A stretch of DNA of 59,531 nt, counting the filler, from Sphacelaria rigidula (taxonomy: Eukaryota), in NCBI GenBank assembly GCA_964200075.2. It is 9 parts of 9 records of this genome, joined end to end, with 100 filler letters (N's around TTAATTAATTAA, not from the genome) between each part and the next. Parts side by side here need not be neighbours in the genome. Positions count along the whole stretch, not along the records: positions 33,131 to 39,656 come from CAXNAA020019547.1; positions 39,757 to 46,281 come from CAXNAA020019548.1; positions 46,382 to 52,906 come from CAXNAA020019549.1; 6 more parts are not named here. The stretch is one strand, 5' to 3'. The notes beneath the pieces were generated by a model. The model was not told the DNA's origin, made no database searches, and saw nothing but the letters and a program-made list of their open reading frames with translations. Position 1 is the stretch's first letter. Each line of letters opens with the position of its first letter. Both the position numbers and the translations under genes were made by a program. Positions 33,373 to 46,500 of the stretch are shown here, piece by piece.

Positions 33373-36284
33373 TCGTTCGTTGCGAACAAAGAACGGTTTC
33401 AACAACTAATCGTGTTGTGAATCAAGATCAACGACTTTTGAAGCCCACCGGAGTAGCTCGATCGATCCTGACCCGCTTTTGCACATACCTACAGAACATC
33501 TCCTGCAGGCCCGACAGTGCAATATACTACAGCCTGTCATGGCGCTTGTACGAATGGACGGTAGGGTTCAATGAGCTGGTAGGCTGCTGTACAGTACAGT
33601 ACAGTACGGGTATATTGTAGTACAGCGCATCATCCTAGTACAATCTATTGCTCTAGCCGTACGAGCGCTTGACCGTCAGGTTCGCATGAGTATAGCTTTC
33701 ATTTGAAAAATGAGTGCAATAACCCAATGGACTGCGAACTGACCATCACATCCTGCTCCACCTGTTGAAAAAACAACGCTAGCCCCCAGTGTGTTGCTTC
33801 CAGTGCGTATGTTGCGTTTTCTGTTGCTCGTATACCGCTACCTTCCACACAAGGTGATGTAGTACAGCTCACGTTGCGGGTCACCCTTCCATCATTGCGA
33901 CGGCAAAAAGCGTTCAGCTATTCAACTTTACTGTCTGTATGGATCCCCGATCACTGACTTCTTCCTTTTCCGCTACGATTGCCTATACCGCTGCTGCATT
34001 CCGTTGCGTTGTTCTATTAGCCGGGTCGGTCAAGGGCCGAGGGATTCGCCAACATCGCCATAGGACTCAACCTTTGGGGCTGGGACCTGAAAATTGGAAA
34101 TGTGATTGGCAAGGTACTCACCAACACAATCGGGAGCCTGCCCCCTCTAATTTCTTTTTTCGTCACGGAGCGACGACATCCTAACTCGACATACAAGAAA
34201 TTGCAATGGTTGTATCTCGGCGAGAAAACGAAAATAAAATCATGGATAGAGGCTCGAAATATTATGCTGAGCACCTTGCAAATTACGTGTCCAAGTTACA
34301 GGTCCACAACTCGAAACATTCAGCGGCGCGTGGCCATATGTGCCCATATGGTTCCGAAACCGCTCTGCTCACAACGTACACACAATGTAGGGAATATAGT
34401 GCCGCAGCTACAACGTTCGGGTTATCGCTGAATAGCACACTAAGACATCCCGCTCAGAACATTTGGTCCAAATCGGAATTGTTTTGCTTACGGACAATTT
34501 CCAGAGGACCCGATACAAAAACCCGATGACGTTCAAGTGCGAAACTGGAGACCCGGGTTGGACGACGCTGATCCGGTGGAATACCGAAAATTGGATGGCC
34601 TCGTGTGACCGTCTCAACTAGTCGACTACAAAGAGGGGATCAGCTCGCCCCCGATTCGGTGTCGTTCGAAAGATATGATATTCTGACACAATATGGGTTC
34701 GCACTGTACGATTGCTGACTTCGACGTCGTTTCCATAGGTTGTTTTTACCTTCAGACACATGTACCAAACAACCATGCTGGAAGGGGAAATCTTCAAAAA
34801 CATGCGAAAACTGGGAATCCGCGTGCGAACGATTCAAATGACAAAAACGGGGTACCACTCTCAACGTGTCTACTGCCGGAGACTTCTGCGGTACAAGGGT
34901 CGGGGGGGGGGATCCGTATTTCAATATGAAAGTTCTTGGAACCAACGGGATCTCTGCAAACAGATGTTCTGTGAAAGCTCGAATACGCAGTGATATTCAG
35001 CAAGCTCCAGAGCGAAATTGCTTTTTCGTGAGTAATCCAACGGCCAGTAACACTCGGGGTCCTCGCAACTAAACGTTTAAAAACACGCATTTTGTCCATA
35101 AACGAGTGAACCGCGTGCCCTACAGTACTAGACCCCTAAACTATTTATCCTTCAGAAAGGTTTTTTGTGGCGACTACTCTTCGATAGAACTCGACGCTGC
35201 TAGCGTCGGTAGAGTTCTGTAAAATGAAGAGCTCATCTTCCCCCTCCAGTGCTCAAGTTGGTGTTACTTGGGGTTACTGGGCGATACGAGCAGATACCCG
35301 CTTTATCAAGAGGGTGATATTGACCGTGAAACACAGCTATTCGACTCTGGTGCAATGAGTATGTAGAATTTCGAAAAATCCATCCCGCACATTTCTTCAC
35401 AAATACGATCGGGACAGGCTCGATCGACCGAAAATACGGAAGAGTCAGCATCTGGGCTGAAACGTGGAAGGACCCCCTATGACCGATCAGCTCGCAAGTC
35501 ACTAAATATTGAAAACAGATGGATTTTGTTTCTTGGAATGTGGAGCAGATACCACTATCTTCAGATCCTCAACGTGATGAGCGGTGGCAAGCGAAAGAAC
35601 TTGACAAAATTGCCAATTACGAAGAAATTGCCACTATTATCAACAGTTCAGGCGCCCAGTAATGTGACAACGATCCCGAGCGTACCCATTTGAGCCATCT
35701 CCTACCCTTCTCGATAGTTTTTTATGGTATCCGCCCTAACACCCTTACGAAGCCGACTTTTGAAGACAGGGGCTCAGTCATTTCTCACTAGAAAACTAAA
35801 AAAATAGAAATTACAGTGGTCACTGTCACTGTGCGTCATAGACAAGAGCGTCCCTCAAAAACGCACCGTTTGTACATTTCTTCTGAAAAAAAAAAACGAA
35901 ACGGACGTGGCGCAAAAACGAGCAAAACAAGCAGCGGAACACTTCTGTACAAAAATATAACAAAATGTATCACCCTCAACGTATTACATACAGTGCACGC
36001 CCCGTAGAATGGGTTACTAGGGTGATTAGAACAGCACCGAACTGCGACGCTTGACAATATGCATGACAGCATAAGACAGCACGGACACGTTGCCCCAAAC
36101 GGAACCACACACACGGCTACCCACCGACGAAGCAGACGCACTTACAAGGGCCGGCGACGAAGCATCGCTAGTCACCAACATCTACGGTTCTTGAGCCGTG
36201 ATTGCTCGGACGAGAGCAAAAAAAACAATGCGACCGTGGGTAGAATAAGTCTACACCCTGTACAACTACAATAGTTGTCAGTTG

Positions 36285-36505
36285 CTTCTCAAACGACTAA
36301 CTGTTCAGAATTGTGTGCAACTAGTTGTTTCCAAAACAACTTACTGTTCAGACTCGTGCGCAACTAGTTATTTCCAAACAACTAACTTTTCAGAATCGTG
36401 CGCAACTAGTCGTTTCCAAACAACGGTCTGTTCAGAATCGTGCGCAACTAGTTGTTTCCAAACAACGATTGTTTAGAATCGTGTGCAGCTAGTTTTTTCC
36501 AAAAA
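36285..36505. repeat. ~42-bp tandem array (~5 units): CAGAATCGTGCGCAACTAGTTGTTTCCAAACAACTAACTGTT
   Basis: Unit starts at 36306, 36349, 36391, 36433 and 36474. Confidence 0.92.
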
Positions 36506-36554
36506 CCTACCACGTAGTTGGTTGACAATGAACTAACTTTAGTTGGTTATTGCA

Positions 36555-37071
36555 AAGAAAGAAAGAAGGGGGGATACCATGGCACGCGGGGGTATTACAG
36601 GGAGCGGAGAGGTTCATGACCTCTTCGCACAGGACCGAAAAAAGAGGCCAGTCGACTAAGTGCACTGAAACGGGAATCTCAAGGAGAGTAGGGAGAGGAT
36701 GGAAGCTACTAACTGCTGAATCCGATGCACCCCTCTCTCCGAGGCGGTGGGCGGTGTCATGTGACGCCCTTTCTGGTTTGCTTAGTTTGTGCATACGCAT
36801 AGGTGTCCTCTCAGAGGTCCAAGGATGGGTTTCTTCTTCTTCTTTTTTCCTTTCACCTTTGTTTTGTTTTATTTTGTTCTTCTTGTATCGCGTCTGTGTG
36901 AATTTTGCGTGGGTCCGAATTTATTTCCTGATTTTCCTTTTTCCTTTTACCCTAACATGGGGTGGTAGCCTGTGACCACGGAAGACGTCCGAGTCAGATG
37001 CCCAGTACAGCACTGCACAGAGGCCGGAACGACTTTTTAATGTGAAGACAACAACAACAACAACAACAACA
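36555..37071 (+). mobile_element. 5'-truncated non-LTR retrotransposon (probably RTE clade) 3' end with (CAA)n tail
   Basis: WHAGVLQGAERFMTSSHR resembles, from memory, the C-terminus of algal RTE ORFs. It is followed by a T-rich 3' UTR and a (CAA)n tail, as is typical of RTE elements. Confidence 0.5.
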
Positions 37072-37534
37072 GTTGGAAAAAAATGAAAGCAGTGTATAGT
37101 AGTGGTGTGAACTCGTATCTATGCAGGACAGGAGGGAGTAGGCCAGAAAGATCAGGCCGACCTATTCCTGGATAAAGGGAAGGACCTAAGTATGCGGTGT
37201 GATGCAAAGCAAAGGCATACGCCATTCGGGGCGCGAGCATGACACGTTTAAGGTTTAGGCTTCACTGCTGTTTCATGTATGCATCACGTCCAACTGGCTT
37301 GATCAACCACGGTTGCCCTCCGACATCGAAACACAAACACGTTTGCTGGCCACCATCTGCTGCTGCTGCTGGTGTAGTTGCGGCTGGTGGCACAGCTGCT
37401 ATTTGTTGCGCTTGGTCCCTCATGTGTGTTTGTGTGTGAGTGCGTGGGGTGCTCACATGTCCATGCGTCAGCTCGATCTCAGCCAACGGTGTAATTGTAA
37501 CTGTTCCACGATGTTGGCAACTGCCCGGGCCACC

Positions 37535-37800
37535 AGACAACTAATTGTTCAGAACCGTGTGCAATTATGTGTTGCCGAACCACCAACTGTTCAGACTCGT
37601 GCACAACTCGTTGCTCCCGAACAACTGTTGTTCCAAAGTCGTGCGCAAATAGTTGTTCCCAAACAAACTACTGTTCCAAAGTCGTGCGCAAATAGTTATT
37701 TCCAAACAACAACTTTTCTTTCAAACTCGTGTGCAACTACGAGTTATTTTCAAACAACTTGTCTCTCAGAATCGTGCGCAGCTAGTTGTTTGTAAACAAC
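37535..37800. repeat. Second, more diverged ~42-bp array (~6 units)
   Basis: Same tcgtgcgcaa.tagttgtt.ccaaacaac core as 36285-36505. Confidence 0.88.
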
Positions 37801-37812
37801 CACAGTTAGGAC

Positions 37813-39258
37813 GCATCAAATCGTGATTCAACTCATATTCATCATTCCGACGAATTTTAACACACGATTCGTAAATCATTCGTAATTTATACAGGTTTTG
37901 AGCACGTGAGTCGTGCAGTACATGCCAAAGGTACCTATTTCCCACCTCTTGTTTATACAGAGTGTATCATGGGCACATATTATCTCCTGTACTGCAACTT
38001 GAATGAATCGGTTGTACATGCGACCCACTTCTTGCCATCATGAGGCGTGAATGGCATGTACAACTCGCTTGACCGAGTCGTCCGAGGTGAGCACCCGTAT
38101 ATGTTTCTCACCTCCGGGTTAATGCGGACGAAGCGTCGGCACATGGTTGAATCCTCTCAAATCATGGGCCCTGAATCACACGTACTTTTCTCCCATCTGT
38201 AATGCGCGCAAGATGCCTGCCCTGCATGTGTGTTATCCACCCTCGGTTTGCGGGACCAACAGCCAACACATGGTTGAATCCTGTCATTTCATGGGGAGTC
38301 AACATAACACTATACTGGGAAGCTACAAGGGATGCGCGGGGGAGCACGGCAGTTCGCCGCGGCTGTTAAGTGCCGTGCACGAGCGATACCTCTGCATAAT
38401 GGTCGGAGGATGCGTTCCTCCTATCAAGAATCATCGACAGCGTGTGCTAAGGTGTTGTGTTGTGGCATCCCAGAAACGAAAACACGCAATAATGTACTGA
38501 AAGCATCTGGACGGCGGATTGTTCCGCCGTGCCGGGAGTACAACACGGAGCACTATTCTGTGCTACATCCAGGGGGCATCAAAGCATTTGCAGACTTCTA
38601 GCCGGCAGCGAAGAGGACGTGGCTGGTACTACAGGTATAGTATAGGAAAGAAACGTCAAGGGTATTGTAGATTGCACATCGTGACCGAAGTTGCGTAGTG
38701 GTGTACAGTGGTTCACCGCGGTTGGCAATCGCTGTGCAAAAACAGACTTCGACGCAACCCACTCGGGGTTTCCTTGTCCGGACACAACAACATTGCACGG
38801 TTGGGCATCAAATCGTGATTCAACTCATATTCATCATCCCAACGAATAAATCATACGATTCGTACATCATTCGTGATTTATACGGGTTTTGAGCTCGTGA
38901 GTCGTGCAGTACATGTCAAAGGTACCTGTTTCCTACCTTTTGTTCACGAGGGGTATATCTTGGGCACATATGCATCCCCTGTACTGCAATTTGAATGAAT
39001 CGGTTATACATGCCACCCATTTCTTACCATCATGAGGCGTAAATAGCGTGTACAACTCGCTCGACCAAGTCGTTCGAGGTGAGCGCCCGTATATGTTTCC
39101 CACCTTCGGGCTGATGCGGGACGAAGAGTCGGCACATGGTTGAATTCTCTCAAACCATGGGGCCTGAATCACGTGTACGTTTCTCCCATCTGTTATGCGC
39201 GCAAGATGCCTACACTGCCTATGTTTTATCCACCCTCGGTTTGCGGGACCAACAGTCA
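37813..39258. repeat. Direct duplication of ~450 bp (37813-38267 and 38805-39258)
   Basis: Collinear alignment from gcatcaaatcgtgattcaactc to gcgggaccaacag; period ~992 bp. Confidence 0.93.
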
Positions 39259-40322
39259 CCATATTGGAGAGTCTACTGGTATGGAGTGTGATTCGTCCTA
39301 ACCGTGGAAACAACCAGCCGGTAGTTGGTCTACGAACAACCAACGTAGTTAGTTGTTAATCATAGTTGTATAGGGTGTGAAAAAGGTCTGTGCAAAATTG
39401 TGCGCTATTCCACGTGTTTGGGATGCGCGTATCTGGGCTGCAAAGCCTGGAAACAAAGGCCAACGATTGAATCAATTTTGCTCAAAATAAGTACGAGCTG
39501 GGCCGGCCAACATTGATGTTTGAACGAGGAGTGGAGATGCGATTGGCAATTCCAAGAGTTAGACGCTGAATTTTTGACACATGCTTTTCATCAATCTGCG
39601 CAACCCTATAAGTGGAGTAGGGGGGTGTACTCATGATCATGTATGCCATTGTCATCNNNNNNNNNNNNNNNNNNNNNNNNNNNNNNNNNNNNNNNNNNNN
39701 TTAATTAATTAANNNNNNNNNNNNNNNNNNNNNNNNNNNNNNNNNNNNNNNNNNNNTGATGCGCCCACATATCTCGAGAGGGGTAGACTGACGCCCAGAA
39801 TAAATGGGACGACAACACAACACAACACACAGAGGGAAGGCGGTATATTCCGATATAATACTTTGAACCACAAGAGCCGATAGCATATGCCGTGCACATT
39901 TTGGTTGCAGGGGCAATAACCTAGGAAATCATATTTCTGCGTGAGAATGACGCCGCAGCAGTCCCCTCCCCCCGACAAAAGCGTAATGGACGCCGAAGCA
40001 AAATCTACATGTGAGGCGTACAGACCCGGTTTCTGACAACAGCTTCATCTTCATTCTTCGAACAAATTAACAAAGACCTAGTTTCTGCAACCACCCATCA
40101 TCTCTGAAATTATCTGTCATCTCGGTGCGCTGTATGGCCATTTTTTCGTGAAATAATAGTTTCTTGGCCCTCTTCGGCTGGGGGCTATCGCGGCATCACT
40201 CGTGCATTCGTCGAATTCGGTTATGTTCCAAATTCGAAAATGCGGTTCAGTGCGTACGACTGCGGGAGCTACAGATGTAGGAAGTGGATACTTGTACAGG
40301 TAGCAGCGTGCACCCCACATTG

Positions 40323-40323
<1 letters not shown>

Positions 40324-40372
<49 letters not shown>
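40324..40372. repeat. (CTA)n microsatellite
   Basis: Seen directly. Confidence 0.97.
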
Positions 40373-41359
40373 TGTAGTATAATGCCGTGCACAGCAGAAC
40401 ATGCATGCAAAACCCATCTGTATGCGTCGCATTCGCCCGATGATCCAAAATACGCGTAAAACGTGCATTTCTCGCGCGATGATTGCAAAAAAAAAATCAT
40501 GTCTGTGTATTGTATTGTTCAACCGCAAAATGTCGCGCATTTTGTCGTTCACGTGTTGCACACATGACCCGATTATTTCGGTGGATATTTTCTGTATGCG
40601 AGGGAAGGGCCTAGCAGGTAGTGGTGCTAGTGGTGATGATGATGGGGGTGGTATTCAGCGCACGTCGGGGGGCATGATTAGTTTAGTCCTAAATTACTAT
40701 ACAACATTACTCGGAGGTATTTCAAATCCGTCGGACCCCCGGGCTCCGCAGATGGACACCTGTCTTGTAGTCATATCCCAGTTGATGATAATGCCCAATC
40801 AACAGATGCCGACCTCTGGGCGATGAGATGGCCAACACGTCCGAGTGTCACACTTTCGCCACATATGTCTAACCAAAATTACGTGTGATCGCTCCCGTGA
40901 AAGCGGGACAATTAGACCTAGTCTTAAAACAGTACACTTCACAAACCTCTTCAGCTCGACGTCACGTCAAATTGCGACATTTTTCATTTGCGAAAGCTTG
41001 ACGAGATAGTGCAATGTTTTCCCATCACCGTTCACCTTCGGCGGGGGAAAGATTCGACCTTCGACCCAAGCAGTCAGTGCCTGAAAGTATGCGCGTGATA
41101 GGCAATACACGGAACCCTGACGGTGGATTTGACACTTTGGGTCTGAAAAACTAAATTTTGATTCTGAAAAACGGAAATTGAAACTTGAAATGCATACACG
41201 ACCAATACAGGAGACGCCAGAACGCAAGAAGAGCGTCTCCGTTTCCTTCGGGCTAGAGTTTTATTTCGACCGTGTCGCTGTATATGTCTAATATGTGTGA
41301 CTGTATTGCGCGAGACACATAAAAACGTGAGGTTGATCAGAGAGTGCAACGTTTTCTCC

Positions 41360-42215
41360 ATCACCGTCCACCTATTTGTTGTTGCCTGTTTGGAGACTTT
41401 CGCACGGCGCTTATTCGTCGGCCTTTCTGTGTATCTTAGATTCGATTCCTTCAGGGTTCGGTGATTTTAACAGCCGATTTGCCGCGGTTCGGTGTCACCG
41501 TTCATCTGTTTGTTGTTGCCTGTTGGCAGACTTCCGCACGGCGGTTTTTTCGGCGGTCTTTCTGTGTTCCTTAGATCCGATTTCCCGGGATTCGGGGTTC
41601 GGTGAAATCAACAACCGATTTGCCGCGGTTTGGTGAATTTTGGAGCCGATTTTTATTGTTTCTGTCCTGGGGTTTGGGGTTCGGTGAAATTAGCGAGTCA
41701 GTAGACGTCCTCGGCTGAACTTTCTTCGTGCACTGTCGTTGTTCAGTTGAAGGTTGATACGCAAATGTCGAGGATATTTCAACTTGCAGGTTGTACACAA
41801 GTACACTGCTTCTTTGTAAACAAGATACATACTGAGGGTGCGACTCCAGTTGTTTCGCGAAGGTTTCCTCGTGTGCATTCGCTTTTCCGTGTTGACTTGG
41901 TGCAGTTGTTTGCCAGCAGTCTTTTTAAAGGAAAAACGTATTTCCGTCAGGCTTGATGTTGCCAGAGTCAATAAAAGTCATCGGTTGAGCTTTCTTGGCG
42001 CATTGTCGTTGTACAGTTGGAGGTCGATACGCAAATGTTGGGGGTATTTCAACTTGCAGGTTGTACACAAATGCATTGCTTCTTCGTATGCAACAGGCGT
42101 ACTTGGGGTGCGGTGCGACTGCGGTTGTTTCGCGAAGGTTTCCCCGTGTGCCTTTACTTTCCCGTCTTGACTTTGTGAAGTTGTTTGCAAGATTTGTTTT
42201 TTTTAGGAAAAACGT
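41360..42215. repeat. Stacked tandem duplications (~135 bp x2, then ~270 bp x2)
   Basis: 41360-41495 is similar to 41495-41636; 41710-41945 is similar to 41980-42220. Confidence 0.85.
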
Positions 42216-43178
42216 CTTCCCAATAGACTTTTTCTCGCGGGGGGTTTTCGCCCGTGTGGTCCGTCATAACCTCAGTAAATTAAAGCGCGTCCTTTTATCT
42301 CACCTAAGAAATACTCCCTCTGACCGGAAAAATAAGCAAGGTTTGGACAAAATGCGGTGTAACTCGGGTCTACATAACTCTTTTTCGGAACGTTTTTTTT
42401 GGTTCCGCCGCGCTGGCGCGCTGCGCGCAGAACCGTTGTCTTTTTCAAGGGTTAGGAAAAAAAGTGGGTTCAACCGCAGCAGACAGCGCCCGCTTCCACC
42501 ACCCCAACTTTGAAGCCCCGGTCAAACGCCGTCCCATGTGCTGGTGGGACACGTCCGCTGGTGGGAGTGCCTCTTAGGGGCAGAAACGCAAGAATCTCAA
42601 CATTTCGGAGAGAGAACAGCTGATTCGCCATTTTCTCGCCGGCAGCAAGGACAGTGTTCTGCGGCACTGGATACAGTCACGCCAGATTTCCGCCATTTCC
42701 CCGATCAGGGGATGGTAACACCCCCCCCCCCCCAGATGATTTTTCTCTCTCTCCAACGTGATGTCTGATCGTATGCCAAAGTTGTCCGACGTCCACCGTG
42801 CCCAAATGGCACGTTTCTGTCAATATCATACAAACCTTGCTTATATTACCGGAAAAGAATCAAACCTTGCTTATTTTACCTGTCAGAGGGAGTATAGTTT
42901 TTTTTCGTTGTATGTCGAATATTGAATATGTAAATGTTGGAGCGAATTTCAACCAACTGTTGCACATAGAGATGTTGCTCTTTCGTGAGCAAAAAATCAA
43001 CTTCTGAGCAAACTCCTACTTTTGGAGAACGAATCTACTCTTTCTCATTTTTTTTTTTTCTAGAACGATTTGTCTATGACACATTCGGGTGTTTCGCGTT
43101 CTTCACAATTTTAAACCGATAATCAAAATTCAGCGTGTCTCATCCACCATTCCGCGCTCTCAACGTTCGCGTTCCTTA

Positions 43179-43569
43179 AGCCGGATGTTATGGCAAACAG
43201 ATTTTTGGCCTACGAATTGTTCACTTTTGGGACGTTTGACCCACCTTTTGACCCCCAAGCCAAGAAAACCGTCAACACATGTCTCCTGACACTTTGCATC
43301 ACCCTACAGAGAGGGCCTAGTCTGCTTTTCAGAACTGGCGGGGGTTGGCAAGCACAGATTTTTGCGCACAAATTTTGTTCAGCGGCCAATCTCGAAACCT
43401 CGGAGCCGAGCTAAGCTGAAAAGGCAGACTAGGCCCTCTCTGTAGGGTGATGCAAAGTGTCAGAGACGTGTGTTGGCGGTTTTCTTGGCTTGGGGGTCAA
43501 AAGGTGGGTCAAACATCCCAAAGGTGAACAATCTGTGGCCCAAAAATCTGTTTGCCATAACATCCGGCC
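43179..43569. mobile_element. Foldback MITE, Tourist/PIF-Harbinger-like
   Basis: ~154-bp near-perfect inverted arms (43179-43332 / 43416-43569) flanked by TTA on both sides. Confidence 0.85.
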
Positions 43570-46500
43570 TTAATACGAATCATCCCACACCTATGCCGGA
43601 TATTCCTTCTTCTACTCATTACATGTATCACAGTTTCATGACCGATACACACATCAGGTCTCCGGCTCAACCTCTTGGTAGGAGTCATTACCTTTGCCGT
43701 CTCCCTGATTAAATTAATCCCTCTCCACGCCTATCGTGGAGGACGGGGCCGCCTATCCGCGGCCCCGTCCGATCCTTGTATACACGACAATTCATTTCTG
43801 CACCCTACGGTATTTTTCCAAGTGCAACGTTTATAGTTCCAGGTATCACACAGTGTACGCGGTCGCGAGCAAGAACCAGGGCTCTTCGAACAACAGAACA
43901 CAAGTACATCGGACTGGTTGCCGCACGATCACCCCATAACAATGTTATCTTATCGATGAAGTAATCCCCCTTGTTGCTCATTTGTTACATGCAGTTCCGC
44001 TCACATCGGAGATTCGGGTAAAAGGTCACGAGGTCGCCGGCGAGGTAACAACGAATAGGCCATCCTCGAGATGGAGTAGCACCCCCGTAACGGTCACTCC
44101 ATGCGGTTTTTTACCAGCGCCGCTCAGTCAGTACGCTAGTGCAGCCAGTGTTATAGCCACGACGGTTCTACACTAACGAGTGCCGTTAAAATATGCGCAT
44201 CTCTGCTAAGCCCATCAGTCTACGCGTATTCGCCGACATTCACGCATGTCATGTTTTGGTTACAAGGCAAATCTGGCGCAGTATGTGCTGCGCACGACAA
44301 TGCAACAGTTGCGGGGAAGTTTCAGCGACAAGTCGATCGTTGCACCGTAGCACTTTGCTCACCAAGCTAGGGTACTGTACTGCAATCTTGATCTAAACAG
44401 TATGTTTACGTTACGAGTACGGTGCGTATGGTCGTGCACAGTACAGTACCGTGCAGCACAGGCAGTGCAGCACTGCAGTAGAAAGGTGAAACGCGTACAG
44501 TACTCGTATAGTAGGATCATCTGGGTTACGAGGTATATCACCCGGGGTAGTAGCAATCAATCCCGACACCAATTTATCGTGAACTGCGCAGGTTTACGGC
44601 GCCAAAAACTGTGATATTGCCACTTTCTCGTCGAGATCTCCAGGTAAACGAGACTTCATAGCAGTGCGGGGCCTTGATTAAGCAGAAAATCGAACTTGGG
44701 CTTCTTTTCATCCGGGGTGGTATATACCGTATTCTCAAGTATTTTCAAAAACATTCACCTTTGGGTCGCCTGCTCTTCTCCTCCGCCTGAAGATCGCCAG
44801 CTCTCGTGTCTGCAGCTTGATCAGGCACCCCCTGCTCCCGCCTTCTCCCCCGCAAGCTCATCCTTCACACCCCTTTCCCCCCCCCCCCCCCCCCCCCCCA
44901 CCCGCCCTCTCTGGCCCTGGCCTGGCTCAAGCTCCTGGTAATACAGTTCCGAGATGAAGCAAGTAAAGCGACCCGAAAGGTGTTCAACCCGTCGCCAGTT
45001 GCGCGTTCTCTCCGCCCTCTGTCTGTATCTCCCGAATCGTGACACCGACACAAACGCAAGCGTCCGTGAATATCCTTATTGCGGCCGCCTAATTGATCCA
45101 GGAGATGCCCCTTGTCTCGGGGCGAGGGCAATGGACAAAAGGGGACGCACACGGAGCCCCTCTACGGAACGTTGATCACGTTCTGGAAACTGGCTGGCCC
45201 TTGCTGTGGTTTCTCCACTGTACAGTACCGTGAGGGTGTAACTGCTTACGCTTGTGTTTGCCTGCAGTGACCCTAGTAGTTGTGGCCTTACAGATTTCCT
45301 CGCTACTACATATGTTTGGCCGGCCCGGTACGGTTCACAACTGTACGTCACATCAGCAGTGGGGCCTATCCAAACAGTAAGCAGACCGTTGCCCGATGTA
45401 ACCGTCACTTTGGATTTTTATCCCACCGAATGTAACCGCCGTCTAAGATATTTGATATTTGAACCTACCTGATATAGGATATACAGATACACCACGCGGT
45501 ACAGCAGCCACCGGATTCAAGCCTGGCTCTTCGCAACATCACTCAGTAATCGTATCGATCCTGCCCAAAGAAGCTGTCGAAGAAGCGGTAGTTCTACTCG
45601 TGGGTTTTGGTCGGCTCGATTTGACTTATTTGGTTACGACATTATTGCATTGTTTTGGTTGTCCGTTCGAAGCCAACCACGTTCAGGGAACAAAGACGGC
45701 CGCTATCATCGATGCTCATGAAACCTGGAAAGGACAAGGACAGGTGGGGAGGATCAGAGTGGGAAGAAAAAACACCCGAAGAGTCCAAGCGAGAGGATGG
45801 GCTGGAAGAACTTGTCGAAAATGTGAGCGGTTGTAACCACACCAAGGATGCAGGTCACAGGATGACTGTAACCTTGAGTCTTGAAGATCTGGTTGCAGTT
45901 CTGACAAGACCGTGATGGACACGTACCCAGATGCATCGAGGTGCATGAGCTGATGACGGTATTGCGAGCTAGGTCGCCTTTGCATGCCTGCTACCTCCGA
46001 CGCTGCGCGGTCTGTCCTTACTCAAACAATCTAGTTGCCACGCGCATTGCTGTCGGCCGCAGTAGCATAGTGCAGTGCAGTTAGATCAGGAATAATATTA
46101 TGCGTCGTCCACCAGCACGTTGTGGATGAGGAACTTCAGTAGTGCAGGATACACATTAAATAACGGTGAGTGGATCCTAGAAAATGGGGTTCATACAAAC
46201 AATGAGGTTGAAGTGGCGTTTCTCTTTTGCAGGGAAGACACGGAACACTTACGACCGAGCGAAGCCATCTTCCCCCCAAATNNNNNNNNNNNNNNNNNNN
46301 NNNNNNNNNNNNNNNNNNNNNNNNNTTAATTAATTAANNNNNNNNNNNNNNNNNNNNNNNNNNNNNNNNNNNNNNNNNNNNCCGTGGTGGCTGGTTCCCG
46401 TACGGAACGTTCCCGAAGTGACAAATCGTTCACGAGAGGAGCCTTGAATATATATAAAAATAAACAGGTGGTGCTGATTTTTGTTGTATGAAATTCAGAG

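Larger units (their letters stand above)
36254..39377. mobile_element. Putative composite non-autonomous TIR element carrying 42-bp arrays
   Basis: ta|caccctgtacaacta ... tagttgtatagggtg|tg inverted termini enclose both arrays, a LINE fragment and a duplication. Confidence 0.45.

Noticed and set aside
33930..35100. Intronless coding-like stretch, considered as a viral remnant
   Set aside because: All frames are interrupted and I recognise no viral or transposase motif; it needs a database search.
36285..36505. CRISPR-like appearance of the 42-bp array
   Set aside because: Units are contiguous with no unique 25-45 bp spacers, there are no cas genes, and the context is eukaryotic.
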